Part shown: in pieces, positions 51,491 to 64,000 of the stretch
How positions within the stretch are numbered: position 1 is the first letter of the stretch
How the letters are laid out: every line of letters begins with the position of its first letter
Source of the DNA: Camelus dromedarius
Lineage: Eukaryota
Direction: 5' to 3'
Assembly (NCBI RefSeq): GCF_036321535.1
Contig: NC_087437.1
Coordinates: 58,530,001 to 58,594,000 of the forward strand
DNA: 64,000 nucleotides
Notes under the pieces: model-generated
Told to the model about the DNA's origin: nothing
The model's database searches: none
Seen by the model: only the letters and a program-made list of their open reading frames with translations
Translations under genes and position numbers: made by a program

Positions 51491-54400
51491 AAAACAACAA
51501 TGAGATATCACTATCCACCTATATAAAATTGCCAAAATCTGAAACACTGACAACACCAAATACCAGCAAGGATGTGAAGCAACAGGAACTCTCCCTGCTG
51601 ATGGGAGTGCAAAAGGGTATAGTCACTTTGGAAGACAGTTCAGGAGTTTCTCATAAAATTAAACATTCAGCAACTGTGCTCCTTGGAATTTACCAAAAAG
51701 AGTTAAAAGTGTATTATTTAAATCAGTCTCTCTTGCCCTTACTTTTGCCTGTTTGAAATTCCTATTCCGCACTCTGTGTGCCTCACAGGGTGCGGCATGG
51801 CACAGCGAGAGAAGCAGATGTGGATTTGATGTGCTCCGATCTCGAATCTTCACATTTTGTGGACAGAATTCATTCGTTCACTCATTTATTTAGCACTTAC
51901 TGGATTACCTTCAGTGTCCCAAGACCTGTACTAGACAAAGAATGTAGATTAATAAAATACATCCTGGAAGAGCTAAGTCTATTAGGGAAGCGAGACAAAC
52001 ACCAAAATATGAATTCCAAAACAAGTGCCAATTACAGAGGCATGGCAGAGGGAGCTCAAGCAGGGAGTTAGGCCAGGAAGGCTTCATGGAGGTGGGGAGC
52101 TCTATGTTGGCCTAGATAAATGGAAATGAATAGAGAAAATATTATTGACAAAGAAGACTGAAAGCAAAGGCCCAGTGGAGGACCTGCACATGAGCCAATT
52201 CTGGGGATTCCAAATGATACACATATATTGGTAACTTAGAATTGGGAGGAATGCCCAAGGGGAAAAGTTGCTTCAGCCTTTCCCTGATTCTCTCTCCGCA
52301 CTCATTTCCTCTCAAGTGCTCCATCTTAAATAAGAACGGAAAGGGAAAAAAAGGACAACAAAAAATTAGCTACATCTTTGCTGACCTGGTATCTCGGCTT
52401 GCTTTCATTTCTCCCAGAAGCATGTCTGCTGCCCTGAGCGCTTCGCAGCCTCTTTGGGTGTCTGTAATAGACGCTAAATGGAAATAATGGCAGTACCAGT
52501 TTCTGCTGGGACCAAGGGGATGCTGATACTTCACTTGCCTAAACCATTTAGATGATGTGAAGATAAGTGGTAGTAATGTTTCATCATGTGTTAATTTCCA
52601 CCTTTCATCTGAGAACTCCACAGCATCTTACAAACGTTATTCCTTGCAACATCTCTATGAAGTATGGAGATGAGTAATATTATTGCCCCTGCTTGGGAGC
52701 TGTAGGAACTGAGTCACAAAGGGGTCACAAAGAACTCTTCAAGGTCATGTGTGTTCAGCATGGAGTGGAATCTGAAAGGGCGAGGTGTTTCTGCCTTGTC
52801 ATCATTGACAGTGCGCTGCCTCAAGCTTCCCCTTCTGTCCTTGTTGCTCAAATCTGATTATTTGTAAAGGGCTTGAGATCTTTACGTCCAGAACTGTATC
52901 TAAGTTCAAAGGTGTCATTATTAATTATCCTAATCTGCACTAAGGCATGAACTGTGGAGTACACTGGAGCAAGCAAAGATGTAATGTCCCAAAGAGGAAT
53001 TAACTACCTCAAGGTGGTGATGTGAAGTTTAACTGGATTAATTAACATTTGTAAAACATTTAGCAACCCTTAGATGAAAGGGTCTAATATAGTGATACAG
53101 GGCCTCCCCATTAATTACAGAAGGAAAGAGCAGGTTAATGCTGGCTCTACTTGTCGGAAGCATTGCTCTCAACTGTCCCTGCTTGGCACTGGATCCTGAC
53201 CTTCTCTGAGGTGACTTGGGGTGGCGCGTTGGTCCATGTTCAGAAAAGCCCCCCCTTGCTTTCTGTTATTTTCAAAAATAAAACATAACAAGCTCCTCTC
53301 TGGAGGTAAGGTAGCTTCCCTTCTGTGAAGCGTATCTGAGTTGGCAATTCTTATGACAATCCCAGGTCATTAATGACAGTCTATAAAAACAAAAGCCAAA
53401 AGAGAAGAGTCCCCAGGCAGAAACTTCAAGCCAGTGTGCTTAATTTTGAGAACTTTTAACCTGACATTTTGAATATCAAAACATTGCATATTAAGGTGTA
53501 ACTATTAAGAATCACAGACTGTTACAACTAGACTGGGTCTTAGAAATGACTAAATTACCCTCATTGTTTCTCAGGTGAAGAAAAAGTTTCAGAAACACTG
53601 TATAATGATTTCCAAGGTCACCATCTATAAGAGGTGGGACTCGAATAAATGATTCAAGACTTACGTCATGTACTTCACACAGTACCACCTTGTTACCCAC
53701 TTTTTGTTAAGGAATCAGAATAGGGTTCTTTAAAACAGTTTCTCTAGCATACTTAAAAGAGGATTTCATTTGGAAAGTTCTATTTAAATAGGATGTTTGC
53801 AGAACATACTAATTGTGTAAAGCCATGGCCATATCACAGAATTGCAGAGTGTATCCAATTATTGATGCAGGGTAGAAAGGATGTGGACACACCCAGTGTA
53901 GTAAATATCTGCACTTGGGGAACTGATGAAATCGCAGATGCTGACAAAGAAGGTTCAATCCAGCAGGCAATTGAAGTTTTGGCAATCTTTGCTTACAGCT
54001 CAGGAGGGCAGTTGGCCAAGGGAAGGGAGGTCATAAGACAGAAGTGGAAACATTTCCAATGAACAGCTAAGTCCAGCCATGAGGAACACGGTGCAGGTGA
54101 TACTTGGAAATCCAAACAGGAAGATGGCTGCGGGAGTCTATCCTCCAATGGCTAGGCCCAGCCAGGGGCTTTGGGCCTAGGGCAGTGTTCCAGGTCCAGG
54201 TAGGAGCCTGGCAAGAGAAAGCCCAGTCCTTACTCCTAGGAAGAATCTGGGGCACAAGTGCAGGCTGCCAGCCAAGAACTGGGAACACTAGTACCCACGG
54301 GGGACCTGACACTTGGGAATAAGGCAGAAGGCGAATTAGCAGAATCAGGGCAATGTCCCCGCTCAGACTGGTGGGGAGTGTGAGCACTGGAGAGTGAGGC

Positions 54401-56027
54401 CTGGCTGGGTTCAGTACCCCCTCTGTGGGGCTGGGATGACCCCACAATGGCTGAGCCTCCTGGCGAGAATCAAGAACAGGTCCCAGCTGGAGATGGAGAG
54501 AGAGAGGCAAAGCTGGGACTGGCTGCTGATTTTCCTGTTTATCATCCTTCCAAATGTCCTCTTGAGGATGACTTGATGCTAGTTATCGCTGTCATCACTC
54601 ATCAGCAAGTAAGACACTGCACAGAGGAGGAGACTCTTGAGTGGCTTGATCAATGATATTTGGGAGGGAGAAGAGGCTGAAATGAACGACTAAGTTCGGA
54701 GCTTTTATTTGTTCATGTTTAGCACGTCTCCGAATGCCCTAAGCAAATGGGTGATAGGAAATGTTATTTCCTGATTTAAAAATAAAAGAGTGGACCTGAT
54801 GCACTCCCAGTACTCAGACCTTCCTCCCGTTAACCTGGTGTCACTGGAGGCTTGCTGAGATCTTTAGCTCTCCCAAACCCTCCGAAAACCCTACAGAAGC
54901 ACCTCAAATTAACAGTCTAAGGAAAAACTGAGTCTGCCATGCATATGCAACTTTAAAATAAGTTCCTCGGCCTCCAGCCCGACCTCTGTTCTTATAGAGG
55001 CGTTTGGGGGCTGTCACCATCTTGCCACTGCCCTCCTGTGCAAGTCCCTGAGAAAGACCGCATTCTTTCCATGTCTGCCACAGAAATGTCCCAGTACCTC
55101 TCCCTACACCGGGGACTGAGCCACCTTCTCCCCTTTCCTCTCAGTCCTTCTCTGGCACCAGGACCCCTATCGCTGGCTGGTTGCCTGCTCTCTTGTTGCT
55201 CCATTTGTTTATACTCCATTCTCCCTGCAGGAGGTGCTTAGAGGAGCAGAAGTTCTTTACCAGTGGTCCCTGTCCTGCCCCCAGGAGCTCTTCCAGACTT
55301 TTTGTGGCCTCCCAGCCCAGCCCTACCAAATCAGGATCCCTGGAAGTGGGAACACAGAATCTACATTTTTGGCAAGTATGGGTTATGTTCAAAAAAGAAA
55401 AATTGTTTAAATAAGGTAGATGTATTATCATAGCAAGCCACCCATGATACATCAACTGCCAAGTTGCAGAGCGCTATGTGGAACATAATCCTGTTTTTGT
55501 AAAAGCAGAAAATACATGTGTGTGTGATGTGATGTGTAAGAAGGGATTTAATCAAAGGAATCCTTGGACTTGGGGTTTTAGCCACTGTTTTCCTATTTCC
55601 CTCTGCCACTCACCTCCCAAATCTTTGATGCCCTGAAATTAGGTCCAGCCATGGAATCAAACAACTTACATTATGACTCCACCATTTAATAACAATGGAA
55701 AATTTGGCAAGTTACTTAATTATCTTAAGCTTCAGCTTTTCATCTGTGAAATGGAATAATACTATTCTATTCAATGGGATGGTTGTAAGGATAAATAAGA
55801 TAATGTGCTCATGCCCAGTCTAATGTTAGGCCAATTATATTTTTAAAGGAAAAATTAGTGGCAGTTGAAGATAACTGTACTTGGGAATTTTTTCTTTCCT
55901 AAAAAAATATTTTTTATGGAATAGTATATATATAAATATAAAATATAATACATATTGAAAATATTTATATATTTATTCCATATACGTGCATAAAATGAGA
56001 AAACAGACAATTAAATCATTTTATTTT

Positions 56028-56266
56028 AGGGAGGACGAGCAAGACAGTGGTATTGGATTAAGAGATACAAACTACTATGTATAAAATAGATAAACAACAA
56101 GGATATAGTGTACAGTACAGGAAAATATAGGCATTAATTTGTAATAACTTTAATCGGAGTATAATCTATAAAAATATTAAACCACTATGCTTTACATACG
56201 AAACTAATGTAATATTATAAATCAACTATATATACTTCAATGAAAATAAATAAATAATATAATAAA
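56028..56266 (+). mobile_element. 5'-truncated L1 3' end
   Basis: gattaagagatacaaactactatgtataaaatagataaacaacaaggatata followed by an A-rich tail. Confidence 0.88.
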
Positions 56267-59200
56267 ATGTTTTATTAATATTTCTAAAATAAACACATGC
56301 ACAAATTGTTTGGTTGAAGAATGTCAGCCTATTAGGACGAGAGGGTTCAAAGCAGGCCAGGCTAAGCCCGAGACATTCCAACCCTGGCCACTGAGCCTGC
56401 CAACATAGGCCTTGCTGAGGGCACCGCTGGCTGCCACCTGCAGGCTTGGTCCCAGCCTGTGTACTTTAAGGCAAAAGCTGCAGGACTTTTGGCAGATTGA
56501 AGAATCATCCAAATATCCAATTACCTGCGCGAAATCTGTGTGGGAGGATTAGCAAGCTGATAAGTGAAACTCAGCTATGTTCTGAGAAATGCATTTGCAG
56601 GAACTCACGAAGGTGCTTGTCTTAAGGAATAGGAGATTTAGGAAGCGCAGGTTGGTCATCTTCAAGCATCTGACTGCTTGTCATGTAGGACGAGATTGAC
56701 ACTGATCTAGCGAAACCAAGGGAAGAGCTAGGATTAGCGGGGGAAGCTGCTGCCTAGTGGTTAAGAGTAAGGGCTTCAGTCCTCTTGATTGTGATGATGC
56801 TTTCGCGGGTACACCCTTGACGGATTTTACACTGTAAATATGCTCAGTTTATTGTAATCCAATCACACCTCAGTAAAGTAGGGAAGCATAGGAGCCTTTA
56901 TGTCTGGTGGCTTGGGCTCCATTACTACTGAAGCCCTTACCACCAGTGTGATCCAAAACAAACCCCTTAACCTCTAGTAAATCTCCTGTGGTTGATAAGA
57001 AGCTAGCTGAGATAATGCATATAAAGCACTGAGCACAGAGTCAATGTGGCAAACATTTGCTGTTATTATTGAATGTTCTGACTTCTGTGAAATTCTTAGC
57101 ATTGGTAGGGGTAGTTTAATACAAGGGTGCCAGGCCTATGAGGGTGGTTTTAGGACCCTGGGTTTCCAGGGACATTTGAAAGGCCATCAGAGGGCACTGG
57201 AAAGACAGAGAATCCCAGCTAACCTTTGTCAGCCTCACTGTCTAACGTGGGCAGCCTCAGCCTTTTAAATGAGAGGAATTTAGAGTCAGATAGTCTTGGC
57301 ATTGGGAGGGAACTTTAGAGATTAGCTGGTCTGATTCCAATCCAGAAGTTCCATTATGTACATGAGGTATCTAGCCTTCCTCTCCTCCCTGCTCCCAGTG
57401 CCCCTGCACAGGACACCTTCCCCGTCAGCACTCTGCTGGCATCTGGCAGCCAGGAGCCCACATACTAAATTGCATTAAGTGGTCAGGTATTTGGAATAGG
57501 AGGTGGGAAACACATTCCCGTCCTGTGTCTTGTTCTCCCACTCTGATCTTGAACAAGTCACTTCACTGCTCTGAGCCTCACTTTCCTCACCTGTTAGACG
57601 AAACTGCTATTTGTCCCTTCCTTGAGATCTTGTCAAGCACTTAGCACTGCTCAGACGAGAGTTAAGTGCTCCGTGAAGGGCAAGGCACGAGACTGTGTGA
57701 GTGAGCACCATGGGGGGTAGCAGAGGTAAAAGCAGCACAGAACGGAGTGCCTGAGTCCTCCACTCACAAACCTATGTGGTTGCCGAAAGGATCAAGTCAG
57801 AGTGCTCCCCTCCCCTCCAGGAAACACACGTGAGTTTTCGACCATGGAGGCAACACACCCATCATCGTTCTCTTAACCTACTCGTTTTGCAACTCTCCTA
57901 AATTCCTGCTTCATTTATCGAAATGTAATATCTCAGGTTGCAAAGATTGCTTAATTTTGGATCTTCAGACTTTGCTTTAATTTTTTAACCCTTATGATAG
58001 AGCAAATGGTCTCCAGCTTATACCTTCTCCACAACTGAACATTCCATGTATCAGAACAGCAGCTGGCCTGACTCCCTCCCAAAGCACTGGTGACCCCACT
58101 TAGCCTGTATTCTCTCCCCAGTAACCTGTAACTCCTGGGTGCATAGCCCCAAACCTGATCTTCTGGGGACTCCCAGCCCCAGGAAGACGTTAAGTCACAA
58201 AAGCCTTTCCTGTTTTTACCTCTAGTCCCACAATGTTACACGCACTATCCCAGCGTAAGCCCTGGTCACTCTTCCATCAGATGCAATGGTGACATTTGTC
58301 TCACCATTCCTTTCCATAACATTTCTCGCCCCTTTAACCCTACAAATTTAGCCTATTGCTAATTTCTTCAACCCCTCTTGCCCCAGATGTCATTCACAAA
58401 AGTTTAACATTGTGGTTCATGATATTTTCAATTACTACTCAAATATTTGATGACATGCTTATGTTAAGAATGAAAAGGAGTTTTCTAGAAGACTGCTTGT
58501 GAATTTTTATCAGGTAGAATGGATTTTCAGCAATCATACCTAACATTCATTGAATGCTTGCCATCTACCAAACACCGTTGTGAGTGGTTTAACTCCTCTG
58601 ATCTCACTTTCCTGTCATCAACTCTATGAGGCAGATGCTTTTATTATCACCACTTTATTCCACTTCTAGAAATTGTTCCTAAGGGAGTAGTCTTGGCTAT
58701 ATTCAAAATGTACATATACAAAAATTTAATCACAGCATACTATGATAAACTGAACATACCCAATATGATGTAATAATATGCATCCACTAGATATCAAATT
58801 TTCAGGAATATTTGATAAGATGAAAAAGGAAATTAAGTGAAAAACAAGATGTAAATTTTTATATGCAACATGAGCCTGATATTATAGATGGATGCAGAGA
58901 CAAAAAAAAAATAAAGAAGAAATATCTGAGAGTGAGTATCTGTACGTGAGAGAGTTCTTTATTTGCTTGTCTCTATTATCTAGTTTGCCACAATAAACAT
59001 GCTTTAATGCCATAATCAGAAAAAGTAAATGTTATTAAAAACATGTTTTGCTACAGCATAATTTCTTCAAGTTCTACTTAACCTCTACTAGAGCCCAAGT
59101 CTCTTGCCCCATTGGGAGCTTTACAATGTCAATCTATATGCTAGAATTTAATATTATTTATTCCCAAAGATAAGGAGTTGGAAATGTAATGCAAGTTTAT

Positions 59201-59904
59201 TCCAATTACATAGAAAAAATCCAAATAAAGACCCCGTGTGCCTCACTTGTGTCAGGAAAGTTATCCTCACTAAGGAGCCACCAAATCCTCCTGAATTGCC
59301 CTGAGGAATGAAAACTCAGTTACTATGCATTAGGCCTTCTCTTTTCCACCAGAACGCTTCCTTCTTCTAGGAGTTTTCATCTCACTGATGTTCTTTCTTT
59401 CCTCCTCGCCAGCTCCTGCCTTTCTGAATCCCATTGGCTCTGGTCCTGTTTGAAGCTTGCCCTGGTTCCTCCAGAGACACTCCCCTTCTTCTGATCTCGT
59501 GAGCCAGATCAGGATAGCCCACCCAAGGTCCCGGGTCCATGGTGGCGCCCTCAGTAAACTGGGGACACCCGAAGCACCACCCATTTCCTCTGACTGCCAG
59601 AGAGCTTCAGCAAGCAATTCACTCCATTCTTTCTCTGGAGGAAAACAAAAGTAAAAGTAAACATCTTTCACCCAGTTGCAGGGAGTAATGTACTCTCCTC
59701 TTCCACCTGAGCATTATTTCTGGGCATATTGAAAGGAACATGGATTTGTAGTCACCTTGAATCCGGACGTGAGGACAGGCTCTACAATTAGCTAGGGGAG
59801 ATTTGCATGGTTGCAAAGATTGCTTATCCATAAAGTAGGACTAATAACTTTACAGGGCAGTTTGGAAGCATAAAATTAGGCAAAATATGTACCTAAGTGA
59901 GCAT

Positions 59905-60975
59905 AACCCTAGCACCCTGATCTTCCTTTCTAAGACCATTCTCCAATAAAAGGGACCAGGGCTCCTTGCAATAAATGGCTGATGCCAGGACTAGGGCAGC
60001 AAATATACATGATGAGCTTGAAGCCTCTTTTAGGGCCAGAAAGTCAAGCAGTGCTCAAAAACAAACAAAACGAAGACAAAAAGAACAATGATGGGGATGT
60101 ATCAAAAGGGCACTAGAGCAACTGGAAGATCCCAACAGCCAAAACAGTCTGAGCAACAGAATTTTTAAATCGGACTTTTGGATTATAACCCAAAGTATAA
60201 AATAATGATCCACGAGTCCACACTGATATAAATAAAGGATAGGGTAAATAAATAAATAGCGGAGAAGAGGCAAATCTGCTAAGCAGAAGAATCCAAATAA
60301 TGTGTGTAGATACTGCCCCTTCAAGGAGGATTCCATGGCTCCCCACTCCTTACATGTGGGCTGCTCACAGCAACTTCCTTCCAAAGAGCACAGCATGGGA
60401 AGGGGTCAAAAGAGCAACTTTGTGGTAGAGAACCCTGACAAACACTAGCTCAGCGAGGTGATCAAGCTCAATATCAACAGTCACCAATCATGCCTACCGT
60501 TTGTACCCTTAATAAGATGCGATGAGAACTGCACTTTACCTGTGTAATACTCTCCCCTTAAACTCATAAACCCATCTATTAAGAGAAAACACATTAGACA
60601 GATCCCCATTGAGGGATGATGTACAAAATACCCGCCCTGTACTCCTCAAAACTCCCTAGGTCATCAAAACAAAAACAGTTCAAGAAACTGTCACATCCAA
60701 GAGGAGCCTAAGAAGACAGACAACCCAGTGTAATGGGATATCGTGGGACAAATAAAGAACATTTGTTTAAAACTAAGAAAACTTGAATAAATTATAGACT
60801 TTATTTGCTAATAACGTGTCGATATTGGTTCATTAACTGTGATAAACGTCCCATATAATGCCAGATGTTAACAATAGGAGAAACTGGGTTTGGAATATAT
60901 GGGAAGTCTCTATATTATTTTTACAATTTTCCTGCAAATCTAAAACTATTCTAAAATTAAAAGTTCATTCTTAAG
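59905..60975 (+). mobile_element. Old L1MC-type 3'UTR
   Basis: ccataaaag-type start ctccaataaaagggaccagggctcctt and end caattttcctgcaaatctaaaactattctaaaattaaaagt. Confidence 0.8.
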
Positions 60976-63332
60976 AGGAAGTAATGTGAATACAGTGTGT
61001 TTTTTAGAGAAAGTAGAACAGCTTATTTTAAATATATAGCATCCCAGCCTCTATCACCTTGTGAAAATAATTGGAGCCACTTTGATGGCAATGTCAGGAT
61101 TTAGATCTAAATTGACGGTATAAACTGGCTGGGGTTTTCAAAAAACAAAAACAACCCACCCCCCCCGCCTTGGTTTAGTGGGATAACTCTGCCCTCTAGT
61201 GGCTTAATATTTAATCTACATGTTGTGTCAAAGGACAGCCTTCGTGCTCCAGACAATTTTGAAGTTTCAAAGGCTAGACAAGAGTCAAGATACACTCAGA
61301 GCTTTGATCTACTGGACTGAATCCCACTTTGTTCATATACATAGAACTTGACCCTTCTGAATGGTCTCTGAAGAAAGGCACAGCCAGATGAAGGCACCAG
61401 CTGACGGGAATGTAAAAGGGCACAGCCAGACAGGAAGGCTGGCGGACAATGTAAACAGGAAGAGTTAAAAATATTTAAATACCTTCACCCAGTAATTTCA
61501 CTTTTGTAGATTGTCCCCCAGAACATAATGCAAGTTAGAGGAAAAGATTTAATCTGTTAAAAGATATGTTACATACAACAGTAAAAAATTAGAAACTAAG
61601 TTTTGAACAGTCAGGGGATTGTGGAAGGAAGGAAAGAAAACCATACCCATATAATGGATTTATTATGCAGTCAACAGAGACATGCCTAAGAATACTTAAT
61701 GATGTGATTAAACTGTTCATGATAGAATGTTTAGTAAAACTCTATAAACAATATGATCAAAACTTTAGGGAATAACATAGAGGACCATATACACATAAAC
61801 ACATGAACATCATACATATTTCTTAGGTCACAGTGTGCAGAAAATGTAACTTTTTTTTTCATATCTCCACTTGATTTTTGTTTTATTCCCTCATTTGTAC
61901 TGATCGCAGGAAATGAATCTAGCTAAGTCACCCCAGAGTATTTCCAGGCACTTTATGTTTAAACAATTAATTAAGGATTTTCCCCTTCCCTCTTTCTTCC
62001 ATTAGACTAGCATCTATGTTCCACGGATGTTGGTGTCACACAGAGGGTAGAAAGGCTGGTCGTTCACCAGCCTCTGGCCTTCACTGGCATAGGTTGAGCC
62101 ATCGCTGGTCTCTGCTTATCCGGTCATTTGTGTTTACTGGGCTTGACTCTGTTGAGATGTCTGTGGCTCCACCAGGGGTTGTATCCCAGCCCTCTCTTAG
62201 TCCCTCTCCACACCTTTGGAGCAAATGAAACTCTAGGGCATTTTCCCAGGCCTCCTGGACCAAAGGCAACGTGGGGTGTGGTACCCTGCTAGGCTCTTGC
62301 CAATTTCTTCTCCAATACTGCTGTGGTCTGTTAGCACATAAGGCTTCTCTGTCCCCCTCAGGTTTCTCAGGAACCAGGATCCAGTTCTCTGCTTGAGGTC
62401 CCAGCCCCACCACTCTGAGATGTCTGTCATCCCACAAGGTATAGAAGTGTCTCTGGGACCTACACCAACCCTGAGCAATCACACCTCCCACGTCTTTACT
62501 TCCTCAGCCATGAAGTGATTCCTGAAATCCATGACAGGAAAACTGAATCCTACATTATTCATTCTTCCAAAGTCTATTATTTATAAAATAAAAATTAGCT
62601 CGTGTACGCAAAAGTCAGACTGTAAGACTTAGAAATCCTTTTTCTCTAAGTAAAGTATCTTCCGGAAATTTCAAGTCTATTTTGAAAACTTAAGTGCTGG
62701 TAATTGTCTCATTTCTTTCTCTTTGCTTTCCTATGGTAACCTTACACTGAGGGCACCTAGAAATGTCTTGCTGGTGATCGAACAATCAGAGGAAGGATGG
62801 GAGAAAAAAGGAATGAATATACGTCCACATACACAAACATACATACATGCACAGAAGCATTCATATTTATAAAAAGAATAGAGAAATCAACTCAACAAAA
62901 GGTTTTAGTGGTTGTCTATGCACTTCCCTCCACACATTATTTCTTAAATTTCTAGAAGAAACGTATTTCATATCATCAAAAAAAGAAAATTATATTAAAA
63001 AAAAAATCAATGAACAAGTCTCTGACTCCTAGCATCATCACCCACAGTAAAGGAGAGAGAGGAGGGGACCCAGGCTTTCCGTTGGCCGCACCCAAAGCTC
63101 TCCTCCCCTCAGTCTCTGTTTTGTGGTCCGTGACACTACTGCCCACTTTCATCTTGAAGCCCTCTCTTTCCTCAGCGTTCAGAGCACCAAGCTTTCTTAG
63201 CTCTTTTCCTAGTTTTCTCATCTATCAAAAACCTGAACCTCAAGTCTGTGTCTGACGCTATAATGAGATGAGACATTCGGGGGTCCTGGGAGGGAAAGAG
63301 GGTGAGTTGCATGACAGGTTAATGTCCAAATT

Positions 63333-63664
63333 TGTGGCCAGAGGCAGTACTATGGTCATAAGATGGATGCACATTTACCTGAATCCGACAGGCTCTGGGA
63401 CCACTTTGACCAACGTGGCAGACATGACACTGAAGGGTCGGGCTTTACAAGACTGGCAGCTTCCACTTCTTCTGGAAGAGCCCTTTCTCTAGGAGTCCTG
63501 AGCCTCCACGTGAAAGCTGAACTAGTCTGAGAATACACATTCTGCTGTGAGGAGCCCGAGCCAACCATGTGGCATGCCATTTGGAGAGACATATGATGAA
63601 ATGGTTGCTGTTTTAGGACACCAAGTTTCAGGGAGTTGTTATACTGCAATGGGTAATTAGAACA
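63333..63664 (+). mobile_element. MLT1-type MaLR LTR remnant
   Basis: End motif tggttgctgtttta...aagttt..gggagttgttatactgcaat.ggtaat.agaaca. Confidence 0.75.
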
Positions 63665-64000
63665 CCCCAGTAAAAGGGGGTTAATACTATTGTAGCTATC
63701 TACGAGGAGCTGTAGTGAAAATTATCTTCGCAAGTTCCAGAATTTCTATGGTGGAGGGGGCTATTTAGGAAAATACCTTGATAAGCCAATTAGGAGTAGA
63801 AGGTGAGACCCTAAGGGGATAAGATGGCACAGAGAAATAAAAAGATATAACTAAACAACTGGGAACTGAAAATGGACAAGACTCTGGAGGCAAAGAAGAG
63901 CAATAGAGAAGTACCTAGAGATAAAGTAAGAGAAGTGGAGGAGGGGCAAGTAACGTGGCTGGAAGCTAGAACACAAGTTGCAGAAACAACCAAGAGACTT

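Larger units (their letters stand above)
50580..51709 (-). mobile_element. 5'-inverted old L1 (L1MC1-like) carrying two later insertions
   Basis: The minus arm (3'UTR to ...tcaactcatttg at 51313) and the plus arm (51314-51709, ending ccaaaaagagttaaaa) terminate at the same L1 position. Confidence 0.85.

Overview
Mammalian genomic DNA, almost certainly camelid (alpaca/llama/camel), judged from eight copies of the tRNA-Ala-derived vic-1-type SINE. The window holds the 5' end of the P5B-type ATPase gene ATP13A4 on the minus strand: coding exon 1 at 47075-47013, a 35.5 kb intron 1, exon 2 at 11468-11295, then intron 2 running off the left edge. About 17 kb of upstream sequence follows. The remainder is mostly transposon-derived (ERV1 internal region plus LTRs, L1, L2, MIR, CR1, hAT). 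I found no prokaryote-type system. The most notable observations are: (1) a spliced PHB2 mRNA fragment with no poly(A) embedded in an old L1 5'UTR; (2) a sense-oriented solo LTR 140 bp before exon 2, with a GATAAA at its poly(A)-signal position and an ATG in open frame with exon 2; (3) an 89-bp templated copy of intron-1 sequence inserted into an inverted L1 upstream of the promoter; (4) twin-primed L1s, an L1 3' transduction and a candidate antisense exon. Repeat family names come from recalled consensus sequences, and old-repeat boundaries are approximate.
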